Below are positions 12,921-22,843 of a stretch of 64,000 nucleotides of DNA, piece by piece. This stretch comes from Setoptus koraiensis (taxonomy: Eukaryota; Animalia; Arthropoda). The stretch is taken from NCBI GenBank assembly GCA_048013815.1, contig CM106585.1, positions 12,276,001 through 12,340,000 on the forward strand. The letters run 5' to 3'. How positions within the stretch are numbered: the first letter of the stretch is position 1; every line of letters begins with the position of its first letter. Made by a program: the position numbers and the translations under genes. The notes under the pieces are model-generated. The model saw only the letters and a program-made list of their open reading frames with translations. It was not told the DNA's origin and did not search any database.

Positions 12921-13710
12921 GCTGGCCAACTAATGATAATTGTGGGCCCAGCAGAAAAGTGAGATTAAATGTCGAGATGCGCTACAGGTTTGCGAGTTAT
13001 AAATGTGATGAGTTGTGGGTTGTGTGTATAGTGAGTATTGCAAAAATAATTGTCGTTACAAGTTGCGTTAGCGGATATTGTCGGCGCCGGCGTGAGTTGC
13101 GCTGATATTTAAACACACTCGATTTGCATGCAAGCCACAACTACAAACACTAATAGTGATAAACAAACTAGCGATACTGTATTATTATTGGCCACTGGCT
13201 TCCAGAATACGGAGGCTCTTCCATTGAATGGCCGTGTGCCCGCCAACACAAATCTTTGCAACAGTTTGTTAGATGATGATGATGATTGGCGTCAACTGGA
13301 TCGCATGCCGCACTTTGCAATGCGAGGCTCGCATCGCAGGGCTCGCATTGTAGGGCTCACAAGTCGCATTTTGTGACTTGTGAGCATAGTCAACGCGAGT
13401 TTCTCGTAGCCCAACGAGCATCACAAATAATAACTTATTACAAATAAGTAATACAAGTAGCAAGGCGCCACCTAAAGCCACGCTACAGTGTGCGCCCGGA
13501 TCAATACGCAGCAGCGACATTGTGCGGCCGACACACGCAAACAGGCCCGCGCGCCGCGCGTTGTGCGGGCCTGTCGTCTAGTTTGCCCATTTGTCTGCTT
13601 GTGTCGCCACAATCTCGCAATTGTCATCACACTCTACTCATAACTGTCACACAACTACAACTACACGGTGCAACTGTGCTGACCAACTGTATCGACACTG
13701 CACTCCAGTC

Positions 13711-13747
13711 CAAACATCGGACTCCAGTAACTGGAGTCCGATGTTTG
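13711..13747. repeat. Perfect 18-bp inverted repeat with 1-nt spacer
   Basis: CAAACATCGGACTCCAGT-A-ACTGGAGTCCGATGTTTG. Confidence 0.9.
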
Positions 13748-14913
13748 CACTTGTCCAGACACTTGTGAGTCCAGACACTTTGTGACACAAAGTTTGTGTT
13801 GCAAACACTCAAGCGTCCAAATGTCACCCACTGCTTGCCACGTCCGCCTAAATGCCACTGAAAACAAGCGCCAGCCCGTCTTACAAGTTACCAACTGTTA
13901 GTGATAATCATACGACGAGCCCCGGTGCGGCCAAGGCACACTTAATCAACTGTAATCCCTTGTGACGCGGCCTAATTCAGCTCGATAATAACTTTTTCCT
14001 TTGTCCCCAATCCGGATGCTGGCTCACCAGTGACCAGTCGGCGACATGACGCCTCCGTTGAGCCAGCGCGACTTGCGCACTCATCGTGGGCTCACAACGC
14101 GCGTCGTCTAATCTAACATTTATTAACATTTACATTTGCTTTTAATTTGACTTGATTCCATTCCATTTGATTCTATTTGATTCAATCCGACACAATCACA
14201 GCAAGGGCCCAATATTGCCGCCAATCGGCACCAATCATCTACGGTGCTAACCACAAGTTCTAGTTTAGAACGGACAACACAACAAGTGCGCTTGTAAAAC
14301 ACTCTCTCACAGTGAGAGTGTTTTGAGAGTCTCACTGCCTCCGGTTGGCGCCTTCACTTTTTGAATATTCGCTCCCTGCGCTCAAGCAGCTGATTGTGTT
14401 CATATCCCAGACGTATGTTACGCATCCACTACATGGGGATTCATGCTGACTTTTTACAACTATCCTCTCAACATCATCTCAATTCACTGCTTTACTCATA
14501 GATCATTGGACCTACGTTGGACTAGACGCCTCACTATTACATGTCGGAACATTATTATCACTAATAGTACTAACATTATTGCTGCAACTGTTTGTTTACC
14601 TGTAAATCATTCCAAACTCGTCGTCGTCAATCGCTAATGTAGCAACATTATTATCCTTATTGGTATCGGACAACAACAACCAAAACAATAACATACTCAC
14701 TCACCACTGACACATGCCAACATAATAAAAGCAAACATCTGTGGATTATATCTAGCAAACCCTTACATAGGACAACAAAAACACTTTAAATCACCTAATT
14801 CACACTTGCGCTTTGAAGAAAATACCACCCGTATATCAACAGGGAATAAATCGAACCAACAACAAAGTCTCAATCGTCCCAAATCGTCTCATCTTGACCA
14901 CCACTCAACAGTA

Positions 14914-15678
14914 ATGCCTTCTCCTGATACAACAACTCCACCAAATGCCACCAACCCGGGTGAGCAAACTGGTGGTGGCCCCAGGGCAAGTGCCGCCGAT
15001 CCTAGGCATCAAGCGACCAATCGCTCTCTCACCGGCTGGCCTTCTGTCCTTGATCACATTCAACGCAACAAAATCGACACCGCGTTATGTGTCACCAGAC
15101 TGCTCACTGTCATTTTTACCTTAATGTATCTGCTAAATTATACATCATCATCTAACAGTCATTACCTTCGGGCCTTGTTAGCTACAGCGGCAACATCGGC
15201 ATTTAGATTACAGCAACGATTGCCCACCATTGAATTGTCATTGCAATTTTTCACTAGTCTCATGGCTGAGGATTCTGCTCACTATCTATTCTATTCATTT
15301 ATATTCTTTTGGGGACGTCCTGTTACCTTGGTTCTATTGCCAGTGGCTTTATTTGCTCTATTAAACAGCATTGTTTACATCATCACAATATTGGACAAAT
15401 TAGGATCAATGGATCACGTCAAGCATAGCTTATCTTACTTCGTTGAGAAATATCAACAGAGCATCTTACAGACAACAGCATTGTGTGAGGTTATGATAGC
15501 ACCTATTACTGTAATTGGTACATTGACCGGCGTTCTATACTTTTTCGCCCCTCTCTTCTATTATAGATTTCTCAAACTGAGATACAACTCAAGGAGAAAC
15601 GCTTACTCAAGGATGATAATATCTCAGTTAAAAAACACCATAGGGCAGTATGCCTCTCGTTATATGAACCGTCGTTAG
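14914..15678 (+). CDS. TMEM33: Transmembrane protein 33 (Kr-h2/TMEM33) homolog
   Basis: KIDTALCVTRLLT, RALLATAATSAFRLQQRLP, EDSAHYLFYS and YYRFLKLRYNSRRNAYSR match TMEM33 motifs. First ATG is at 14914. Intronless. Confidence 0.92.
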   Translation: MPSPDTTTPPNATNPGEQTGGGPRASAADPRHQATNRSLTGWPSVLDHIQRNKIDTALCVTRLLTVIFTLMYLLNYTSSSNSHYLRALLATAATSAFRLQQRLPTIELSLQFFTSLMAEDSAHYLFYSFIFFWGRPVTLVLLPVALFALLNSIVYIITILDKLGSMDHVKHSLSYFVEKYQQSILQTTALCEVMIAPITVIGTLTGVLYFFAPLFYYRFLKLRYNSRRNAYSRMIISQLKNTIGQYASRYMNRR

Positions 15679-16169
15679 GTCCGTAATTTGGTGATTGCTG
15701 CAACTATTATCATTGTGCGTGCTCGGGCGCAAGGGCCATAGTTTAGGCGAATAATATCGTCACACCGAAACTACAAGACTTGATTATACTATATTTATCA
15801 CAGCGAACATATCGAACTCTTCTCGTCAGCTACCTATAGAAGCTTATTCAATATGACATCCGATTATTCTCTAGATCTACGTTAAGGCAGAGCCAAAGTA
15901 TTTGTATTTTTCAGTTTTCTAACAATAATAAATCCCCAGCATGTATTCAATCTTAAACCCACATCTAAATGTACGATTTATCCCCATTGGATGCCGTCAC
16001 GAATTAAACATGTATCAATACAATTGCAAATGAATTCCAATAACAAATGACCGACCAAGTAGTAAAAACAAACATCATCAAAATGAATGAAGTATCTGAG
16101 TTCGCTTTTAATATATAGAGTTTGAGTTGGTTAGAAAATTAATAAGGCATGCTAGCAATCTAAGCATAC

Positions 16170-17795
16170 TCATTGTTTCTCTTTATCGACTTCTGACTTC
16201 TTCTTACTTCCTGAGACAATTCCGTCGATTCTCAGTAGCAAAACTGCAGTTTCAATAGCTGTCTTGTAGGCTTGCATTTTTACTGCAAGAGGCTCCCAGA
16301 CGTTAAGTACTTTCATATCGACAAGTTTACCTGTCTCACCATTAATACCGAAAGTCTTGTTATCGGCTGCTGTTGAGAAGTGTGTCGCTCTTAATGCAGT
16401 CAATTGGCGTACAGTGTCGCCACCACAGTTTTGAATTAATGTCCTGGGTATGACTTCTAAAGCATGAGCTGCAGCTCTATAGGGGCCTTGAGTAACATCG
16501 TTGATTTTGTCTGCTTTCTCTGACATTGCTTTTCCTACTGCCATCTCTACGGCTCCACCTCCGGGTACGACAAGAGGCTCCAGCATGATATTTCTCGCGA
16601 CACACATGGCATCTTGTAGATTACGTTCTACTTCATTCAAGATGTCCTTGCTTGGTCCACGCAAGACAACTGTGCAAGCTCGGGGATTTTTACATTTAAC
16701 TATGTAAGAGAAGTATTCATCACCTATCTTCTTAACTTCAAAAAGTCCAGCTCCAGTTCCTACATCTTCCTCGCGTAGCTCCTCAACTCGGTTCACTATA
16801 GTTGCTCCACAACAGCGCGCAACACGCATATTTTCTGTTTTCTTCAACCTTCTCAAACAAGTGATGTTGTTCTTCATCAGGTAATGTTGAGCTAGATCAG
16901 ACACTCCTTTCTCGGTGATCAATAGATCAGGTTTAAATTCAGCGATTTTGGCGCATAGGTTTTGAATGTATTCTTCTTCAATTTGAAGAACACGCGTGAA
17001 ATCTTCCTCTCTTGTGAGTTCTACATCGGTCTGGCTCTCTCCTTTTTTGTATTCTAATCCGGAGTCCAATAATATAATACGTGGGTTCTCAATGCGACGG
17101 CTCATCTTGGGGTGGACAACATCCTTGTTGAACATGACACCATCTAAGACTTCACTGTCTTCAATTGTTGCACCTGGTATTTTTTCAATACGAGCATAAC
17201 GCTTTATATCGATCTCTTTGCGACCATGTTCATCAATGTAAACCGATTTGGTTGCTTTGATGGCAAGACGGCAAGCAAAGTCTTCCCATTGTCCAAGAAA
17301 TTTTGTTCCAAGGCAACTTTGCACAACCTCGATTAATTTTGCCTCGTTGTTTATGTCTACCGGTATGGCAACTTGGTCTTTCAAAATCAATAGCATATCC
17401 TCTAAGGCGTGACGATAAGCTTTAATTACTAGAGTTGGGTGAAGGCCCTGTTCAAGAAATTGTTGTGACGATGATAGTAGCTCTCCCGCCAATATTATGA
17501 CAGATGTTGTTCCATCTCCGACCTCTTCATCTTGGGTTCGGCTAATTTCTATCATGGATTTAGCTGCTGGATGTTGTACAGTAATTTCGCGCAATATGGC
17601 ATTACCGTCGTTGGTCAGCACTATGCCTCCCATGGGATTCATCAACATCTTCAACATGGATCTTGGTCCAAGGCATGTCCTAACGACATCGGCCACATTT
17701 CTGGCAGCTCTGATACATTCGAGTTGAACTTTCTTTCCCTCTTCTCGTTTAGATTGCAAAACAAGAATTTGTGGTTGTCCCTGCATAGAAAACAT
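16170..17795 (-). CDS. CCT3: T-complex protein 1 subunit gamma (CCT3)
   Basis: LGPRSMLKMLMNPMGGIVLTNDGNAILREI, GDGTTSV and EYKKGESQTDVEL; 541 aa; intronless. Confidence 0.98.
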   Translation of the reverse strand: MFSMQGQPQILVLQSKREEGKKVQLECIRAARNVADVVRTCLGPRSMLKMLMNPMGGIVLTNDGNAILREITVQHPAAKSMIEISRTQDEEVGDGTTSVIILAGELLSSSQQFLEQGLHPTLVIKAYRHALEDMLLILKDQVAIPVDINNEAKLIEVVQSCLGTKFLGQWEDFACRLAIKATKSVYIDEHGRKEIDIKRYARIEKIPGATIEDSEVLDGVMFNKDVVHPKMSRRIENPRIILLDSGLEYKKGESQTDVELTREEDFTRVLQIEEEYIQNLCAKIAEFKPDLLITEKGVSDLAQHYLMKNNITCLRRLKKTENMRVARCCGATIVNRVEELREEDVGTGAGLFEVKKIGDEYFSYIVKCKNPRACTVVLRGPSKDILNEVERNLQDAMCVARNIMLEPLVVPGGGAVEMAVGKAMSEKADKINDVTQGPYRAAAHALEVIPRTLIQNCGGDTVRQLTALRATHFSTAADNKTFGINGETGKLVDMKVLNVWEPLAVKMQAYKTAIETAVLLLRIDGIVSGSKKKSEVDKEKQ

Positions 17796-18775
17796 GGTGG
17801 ATGGTGTGTATTGTGATGCGTGTGTCTACCTTAAAGATATGTAGGCGATAGTTTGTTTATTTGGTCCAGTAAGTGCTCCGATTGATAAACTTGATGAAAG
17901 AATGACTCTAATGAAATTATTTTCCCTTTGAGAAATAATTGAGGACAATATTGGGACAAGTGTTTGTTAAAGCTGGGGATTTTGAGTTTATTGTGTAATG
18001 CGAAAAGTTAAAGTGACCAACAGATGTACCGGTGATACTATAGATACTGTGTCTGTTGTGTGGTAGGGATGGCATGAATTTCAAGCATGGCTTACATTTA
18101 GGGCTGGCATTACTAGGCGTAGCTCGCTGTTAGACGAACAACGTGAATATGGTGTTACCTGACGCAAGGATTGGAGCAGCATCTTTTTTCCTGTGGACAG
18201 CTAGATTCCTACTGGGAAATTTTCACCAATCGAATTCGGCGCCACAAGCAGATTTTGGCGCCTGTAATTAGAATCAGACAACAACAGAGCAACACAGACA
18301 ACAAACCGTTGCTAAGTTGTGCGTGTCCGTCCATTTTACCAGCTCGCGTCCATGGGTTTGTCTGTCAAGTTTTGAAACTTTGCAGTCTGTTTTTTGTGCT
18401 CATTGCTCGAAAATTATTAGGGACTTTAGTCAACAAGCGTTTCTACACTTAAACACAATCACCAAGAAATAATCCTAATTACATTGTCACATATTTCTTA
18501 CCCATACTTATATTCATAATACATCTGACAACCAGCTTCAATACTCCTTATTACTGGGCAGGCTATCACTTGTGAGGCCTCAATGACACCTTACACAAAT
18601 ATTAATAATATATTATCACTCTAATTGACACATAGCACCCTTTATTCATTCACAGAACAGTAAAGCACCCACAGAACAATACAAGCCGTTTATTCATATC
18701 ACAACAAGTATTTTTCAACTGTCAACTCTCGAGAGAGTGCGCCCTTCATTTTTAAATTTTCATGCAACTATAACA

Positions 18776-19801
18776 ATGTCAATCATGTCCATGTTGGATA
18801 AACATTATTTTAGAGAGCAACAACAGCAACAAGTCAAACTAGGCTCAAAAGACAATTTATTTACCAATAATGTTGACGCGGAGGCTCTTCCAATTAAACC
18901 TGGCATCGGCTATGGTGTAAGAACCTTTCAGGAATTATTAGAAATCAGGTTGCGTGAGCACCAAGACTCACCTAGAATGAAAAATTTCACCAAACCCAAT
19001 AAAGAGTCAAACAGGACCGATGAGAATGCCACTGAAACGGTCAGATTCAAGACTCCATTCACCAGAAAAATAAAAGTACTTAATAATCATCTACAGCCTT
19101 CAGTAAAGGACAATAATACTCAACATACATTTCTTAAGAAAGGCGAGGGACTGAAAAGGTTTGCAGCCTTCAAACTACCTCTAACAGCGCCAAAATCAAT
19201 AAGTCGCCGACAAACTTTTGTAAAATTTAAGGTTGATGGATCTCTGACAGAAGGCTCTGATACCTCGCAACAGGTCACTTCAAATTCAAGAGATCTTAAA
19301 GATCATGTAGTAGAAGAAGAAGAAACCACTGAGTCGAACCTAGAGATTCCTGAGTCAGACCCAGAGACCGCTGAGTCGGACCCAGAAACTTCTGAATCGA
19401 TTCCAGAGACTTGTGAATCATTACCAGACGCTCTTAAATCAGATCCCGAAACACCCAAACCTCGCCGCTACAATCTTCGAAATCGACCACTGGCTTCCCC
19501 AAAACCAGGAAACTCATACATTGCTTTTGCACGACAAATAGATCGAATCCAGAAATCAGTCGACGAACTGCATAGGTTGCCTGTCAAATGTGTATGTGGC
19601 CGAATAATCGAAAACAACGAAGTTTCTCAATCCGATGGTAAGACTACCTCCTCCAAAGGGAACTCGAAATCATCAAAAGGAACATCAAAACTATCTAAAG
19701 GATCATCGAAATCCTCAAACAAAGACTCAGAGGTTTTAAACGCACTTCAGAGGCAGATAGATGAACTAAGGAAGCAGATTACACAAACTAAGGTTGGATG
19801 A
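18776..19801 (+). CDS. Short SAS-4/CPAP(CENPJ)-like protein with PN2-3-type tubulin-binding motifs and no TCP/G-box domain
   Basis: PIKPGIG..RTFQELLE (from 18890) and FLKKGEGLKRF (19130-19162) resemble CPAP PIK...TFEDYLEEQ and FLKRGEGLARF. Short C-terminal coiled coil; AATAAA at 19918. Confidence 0.65.
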   Translation: MSIMSMLDKHYFREQQQQQVKLGSKDNLFTNNVDAEALPIKPGIGYGVRTFQELLEIRLREHQDSPRMKNFTKPNKESNRTDENATETVRFKTPFTRKIKVLNNHLQPSVKDNNTQHTFLKKGEGLKRFAAFKLPLTAPKSISRRQTFVKFKVDGSLTEGSDTSQQVTSNSRDLKDHVVEEEETTESNLEIPESDPETAESDPETSESIPETCESLPDALKSDPETPKPRRYNLRNRPLASPKPGNSYIAFARQIDRIQKSVDELHRLPVKCVCGRIIENNEVSQSDGKTTSSKGNSKSSKGTSKLSKGSSKSSNKDSEVLNALQRQIDELRKQITQTKVG

Positions 19802-20188
19802 AGATTTCTGTCATCCCCCTCAGTGTTTTTTACCCCACGCGTTGATTCAGCGTTATAGTTAAATAATACCGTGTTTAAATGCCTCCACCGGTATAGTTCC
19901 ACAGTCTAAACTCCTCTAATAAAACATATGATGCTTTCGATCACAAACACCTCCGCCATTAGTTGATAGGACTTGATGGATGACATCCAACAGCTTGAGT
20001 TTTCGAATTGAATTCAGACACTAGAATAGCAACCTTTATGGAGAAGTAAACCGACAGTACTTTAGGACACATCAAACGTGAAATAATAAATTGACATACT
20101 TGACAAGTTCCAAGACAGAAATAATCGAAGCGTCGTTGGTGTGCTTTATTAAACATCCATCATACAATTCTTACATTCAATAAATTGT

Positions 20189-20506
20189 CTAGAATTGAAT
20201 CATTTGTCCCTTCCTCTTCTTGTCACCACCAATTTCAAAGTGCTTACATCTTTTGATGGATAATTGGTTACGATGCTTACACTCGGAGCACTCCATACGC
20301 AGGACGATCTTTTTTGTGGTCTTGGCTTTCTTTCTGAAAATAGGTTTGGTTTGACCACCGTATCCACGTTGTTTGCGATCGTAACGGCGTCTTCCTTGTG
20401 AGTGCTTCGATTCTTTACCTTTCTTGTATTGGGTAACCTTGTGAAGGGTGTGCTTAGCGCATTTGCCCTGACAGTAGGTACGCCTGGTTTTTGGGACATT
20501 CACCAT
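20189..20506 (-). CDS. RPL36A: 60S ribosomal protein L36a/L44 (eL42)
   Basis: [34 protein letters not shown]; intronless; poly(A) signal on the minus strand at 20145-20150. Confidence 0.99.
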   Translation of the reverse strand: MVNVPKTRRTYCQGKCAKHTLHKVTQYKKGKESKHSQGRRRYDRKQRGYGGQTKPIFRKKAKTTKKIVLRMECSECKHRNQLSIKRCKHFEIGGDKKRKGQMIQF

Positions 20507-20803
20507 TTTGATTTACGTGATAAATGTTAGACAATATATATAATTTAAATTGAATCTTCGAAGGGATGGTTGTTTGGTCGATTGAATTAGATCCCAGATC
20601 CCGGTGCTAATTTAAGCTTCTAGTATTAATATTAATTTATTTGTGATAAATAATTCCGAGGATGTAAATGTATATCAGAACCCCTGAGAGGACTAACCTG
20701 AATGCCGACAATGATTTTCCGATGCAGGCTGGATTCTACAGTCACAGAGCACAAGGCTACGATCACACAAAACAGCGGAAGACATGATCATGCTTGGGAC
20801 AAC

Positions 20804-20815
20804 TGCGCATGCGCG
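20804..20815. promoter_or_regulatory. NRF-1/Erect-wing-type palindromic site TGCGCATGCGCG in the RPL36A/MRPL44 divergent promoter
   Basis: Exact match to the YGCGCAYGCGCR consensus. Confidence 0.5.
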
Positions 20816-21019
20816 TCAAACTGGTAATAAGGATTCGGGCAGAGAACAGCGCTGCTTGATCCTGACAAGATCTTCATGTTATACGAGTTTTTAGACACAT
20901 GCGGTTTTGTTTTCGTTGTTGATCAAGCGCCCCTAAACACCCAATGATTTCACTCGGTGCTTCTCACGATGGTAAGATACACCTGTCAATTAGATTATTA
21001 GCATCTATCTGAATAGATC

Positions 21020-22180
21020 TTGTTGTCATCTTGGTTGTACCGTTTCAATATGATGTTAAGAATACTGTCGAACACACTAGTTCATCAACGCTGCCTACTC
21101 AGACTATCTGACTGCGTCAGAAGTTCTTCAGCGCTCAAGCCAGCCAGTTGGATAAAATTCAGTCCCTATGGCCAATCACCAAAGAGACATATGCATCGAT
21201 ATCAGCAGGACACCATAAGGCTCATGTACTGGAGGGGGAGGTCGTTTGATGCAGTTAAATTCAAAGACAGACTGCAATCCGAGTGGCTGACATGGAACTA
21301 CAAGTCTGAATTGTTTGCATTCTCAAGACGCTTGAATGAAAACTTGAGCGAAACAACACTTCGTACAATATTCACATTCAGATGCTATTTAGACGAACTA
21401 GAGAAACAACAGCAAGATCTGGGAATGAAGGCTGCCGAGTTAGAGTATAAATGTAACACAGACCTGATAGATCGCGGTGCGGAACTTATGGAATCATTCA
21501 TAAAATCGTATCTCCGCTTTACATTTGATCGAATGCCTGAAGAAGGTATTGAAGAAGTGTGCAACTATTTGGTATCACAAGACGTCCTTCAAGATATTGC
21601 AAGATGGATAGGCTGTTATGATATAATATTGTGTGCCGAATTACCGCCTTCCGAAGAAAAGATGGCAAAATCAGTCAAGGCATTAGTCGCTGGCATTGAA
21701 CTGGATTATGGTTTGGACAAAGCGAGAAACTTTGTCATAGATTTTATATTAACTTATATACACGATAAAGATATTTTCGATGATATCTGGAAGATCCCTG
21801 ACCCGGTGGGCATAGTCAGAATGATTTCGAGAAACGACAATTTGGAATATGAGCCAAGAATAATGTTTCACACGGGTATTAATACCATTGAATCTTGTTA
21901 TGTTGTCGGAATTTATGTAAATAAGAAGCTTATCGGCTACGGACCAGGAGAAACGTTGAAAATAGCCGAGGTGTCCGCCGCTCTGGACTGCTTGCAGAGG
22001 TTGTGGGGCCTGAAGGAATCCAGAAAGCCAATGATATTTGGTGAACAAGCATACAAGATTGATTACAATAAGTATTCATCAAGGCACATGTCCATGAATG
22101 ACTGGACACTGTCCACTCTAGATACCGATATCCCTACTGGGCCTGATGTTGAAGCCAAAGAAAGTGTGAGCTGTAAATAA
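21020..22180 (+). CDS. MRPL44: Mitochondrial ribosomal protein L44 (RNase III-like plus dsRBD-like)
   Basis: WNYKSELFAFSRRLNENLS and YVVGIYVNKKLIGYGPGETLKIAE motifs; basic N-terminal presequence. Start is either ATG 21050 or ATG 20969 plus a 45-nt intron (GTAAG...TAG 20972-21016). Confidence 0.9.
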   Translation: MLSSWLYRFNMMLRILSNTLVHQRCLLRLSDCVRSSSALKPASWIKFSPYGQSPKRHMHRYQQDTIRLMYWRGRSFDAVKFKDRLQSEWLTWNYKSELFAFSRRLNENLSETTLRTIFTFRCYLDELEKQQQDLGMKAAELEYKCNTDLIDRGAELMESFIKSYLRFTFDRMPEEGIEEVCNYLVSQDVLQDIARWIGCYDIILCAELPPSEEKMAKSVKALVAGIELDYGLDKARNFVIDFILTYIHDKDIFDDIWKIPDPVGIVRMISRNDNLEYEPRIMFHTGINTIESCYVVGIYVNKKLIGYGPGETLKIAEVSAALDCLQRLWGLKESRKPMIFGEQAYKIDYNKYSSRHMSMNDWTLSTLDTDIPTGPDVEAKESVSCK

Positions 22181-22352
22181 AAACGTAGCCTAGAGAATAC
22201 AATAGTAGTCGAACCCATCTGTGACCCGACACAAGGTTTATTAGAATGTGTTGTTAGTTCATTGTTTTTTTTTTCTGTTGAACGTTACTTCTCTCTCTCC
22301 GTTGTATCTATGTGCACATAAAACGGCTGGCCTGGCCGATCTTCAAGTGGAT

Positions 22353-22535
22353 TTATCTGGCGTCGAATACAATCAACCTCTTGGTTCGTTTCTTGTAGAG
22401 GATTCTGTAGCCGCAATCACGACATCTAATTTGATCCTTTGGTTTGATGTGATTCTCACAGTGGCACTCGGCACAAAAATAGACTGTGTGCGCCTTGTTG
22501 GTGGCCACATCGTCGGAGGTGTCCATAGAGTCCAT
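22353..22535 (-). CDS. POLR2K: RNA polymerase I/II/III shared subunit RPABC4 (RPB12)
   Basis: 60 aa: [41 protein letters not shown] zinc ribbon; ATG at 22535. Confidence 0.97.
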   Translation of the reverse strand: MDSMDTSDDVATNKAHTVYFCAECHCENHIKPKDQIRCRDCGYRILYKKRTKRLIVFDAR

Positions 22536-22562
22536 GATGATAATAAATTCAATCAGATATGT

Positions 22563-22759
22563 TGTTGGTGTATACGCTCTGTTCGCAATCTGAGCAGGAT
22601 TCACTTTGTGCCAGCATTATACTTCACTGTGCCATTTTAATAACCAACTGTGCAACTATATATACTAATGCACAGTGATCATATATACTTACTCGAACTT
22701 ATACTTACATTCACATATATTCAATAAAAACTAGCTACACGCTACATAAAACCACAAAA
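22563..22759 (+). repeat. 5' LTR
   Basis: TGTTGGTG...ACCACAAAA; TATATA tracts; AATAAA at 22723. Confidence 0.97.
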
Positions 22760-22770
22760 GGTTAACAGCC
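22760..22770 (+). other. Primer-binding site GGTTAACAGCC
   Basis: Immediately 3' of the LTR. Its reverse complement GGCTGTTAACC is the anticodon arm of eukaryotic tRNA-Asn(GTT) as recalled. Confidence 0.75.
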
Positions 22771-22843
22771 AAAATTTTGCGATTGAATATATAACGAAAA
22801 AAGTACATAGTCCCCACGCTAACCACCAACATTGGACACCAAC

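Noticed and set aside
11834-12962. Overlapping ORFs rich in N/Y/V/L around the bZIP gene
   Set aside because: Alternative-frame and antisense translations of CAG/CAA tracts
22536-22604. N-terminal extension of POLR2K starting inside the LTR (ORF-track start 22604)
   Set aside because: The start codon is GTG, and RPB12 homology begins at ATG 22535
22248-22640. 130-aa hydrophobic plus-strand ORF
   Set aside because: Antisense to POLR2K and runs into the LTR; no domain
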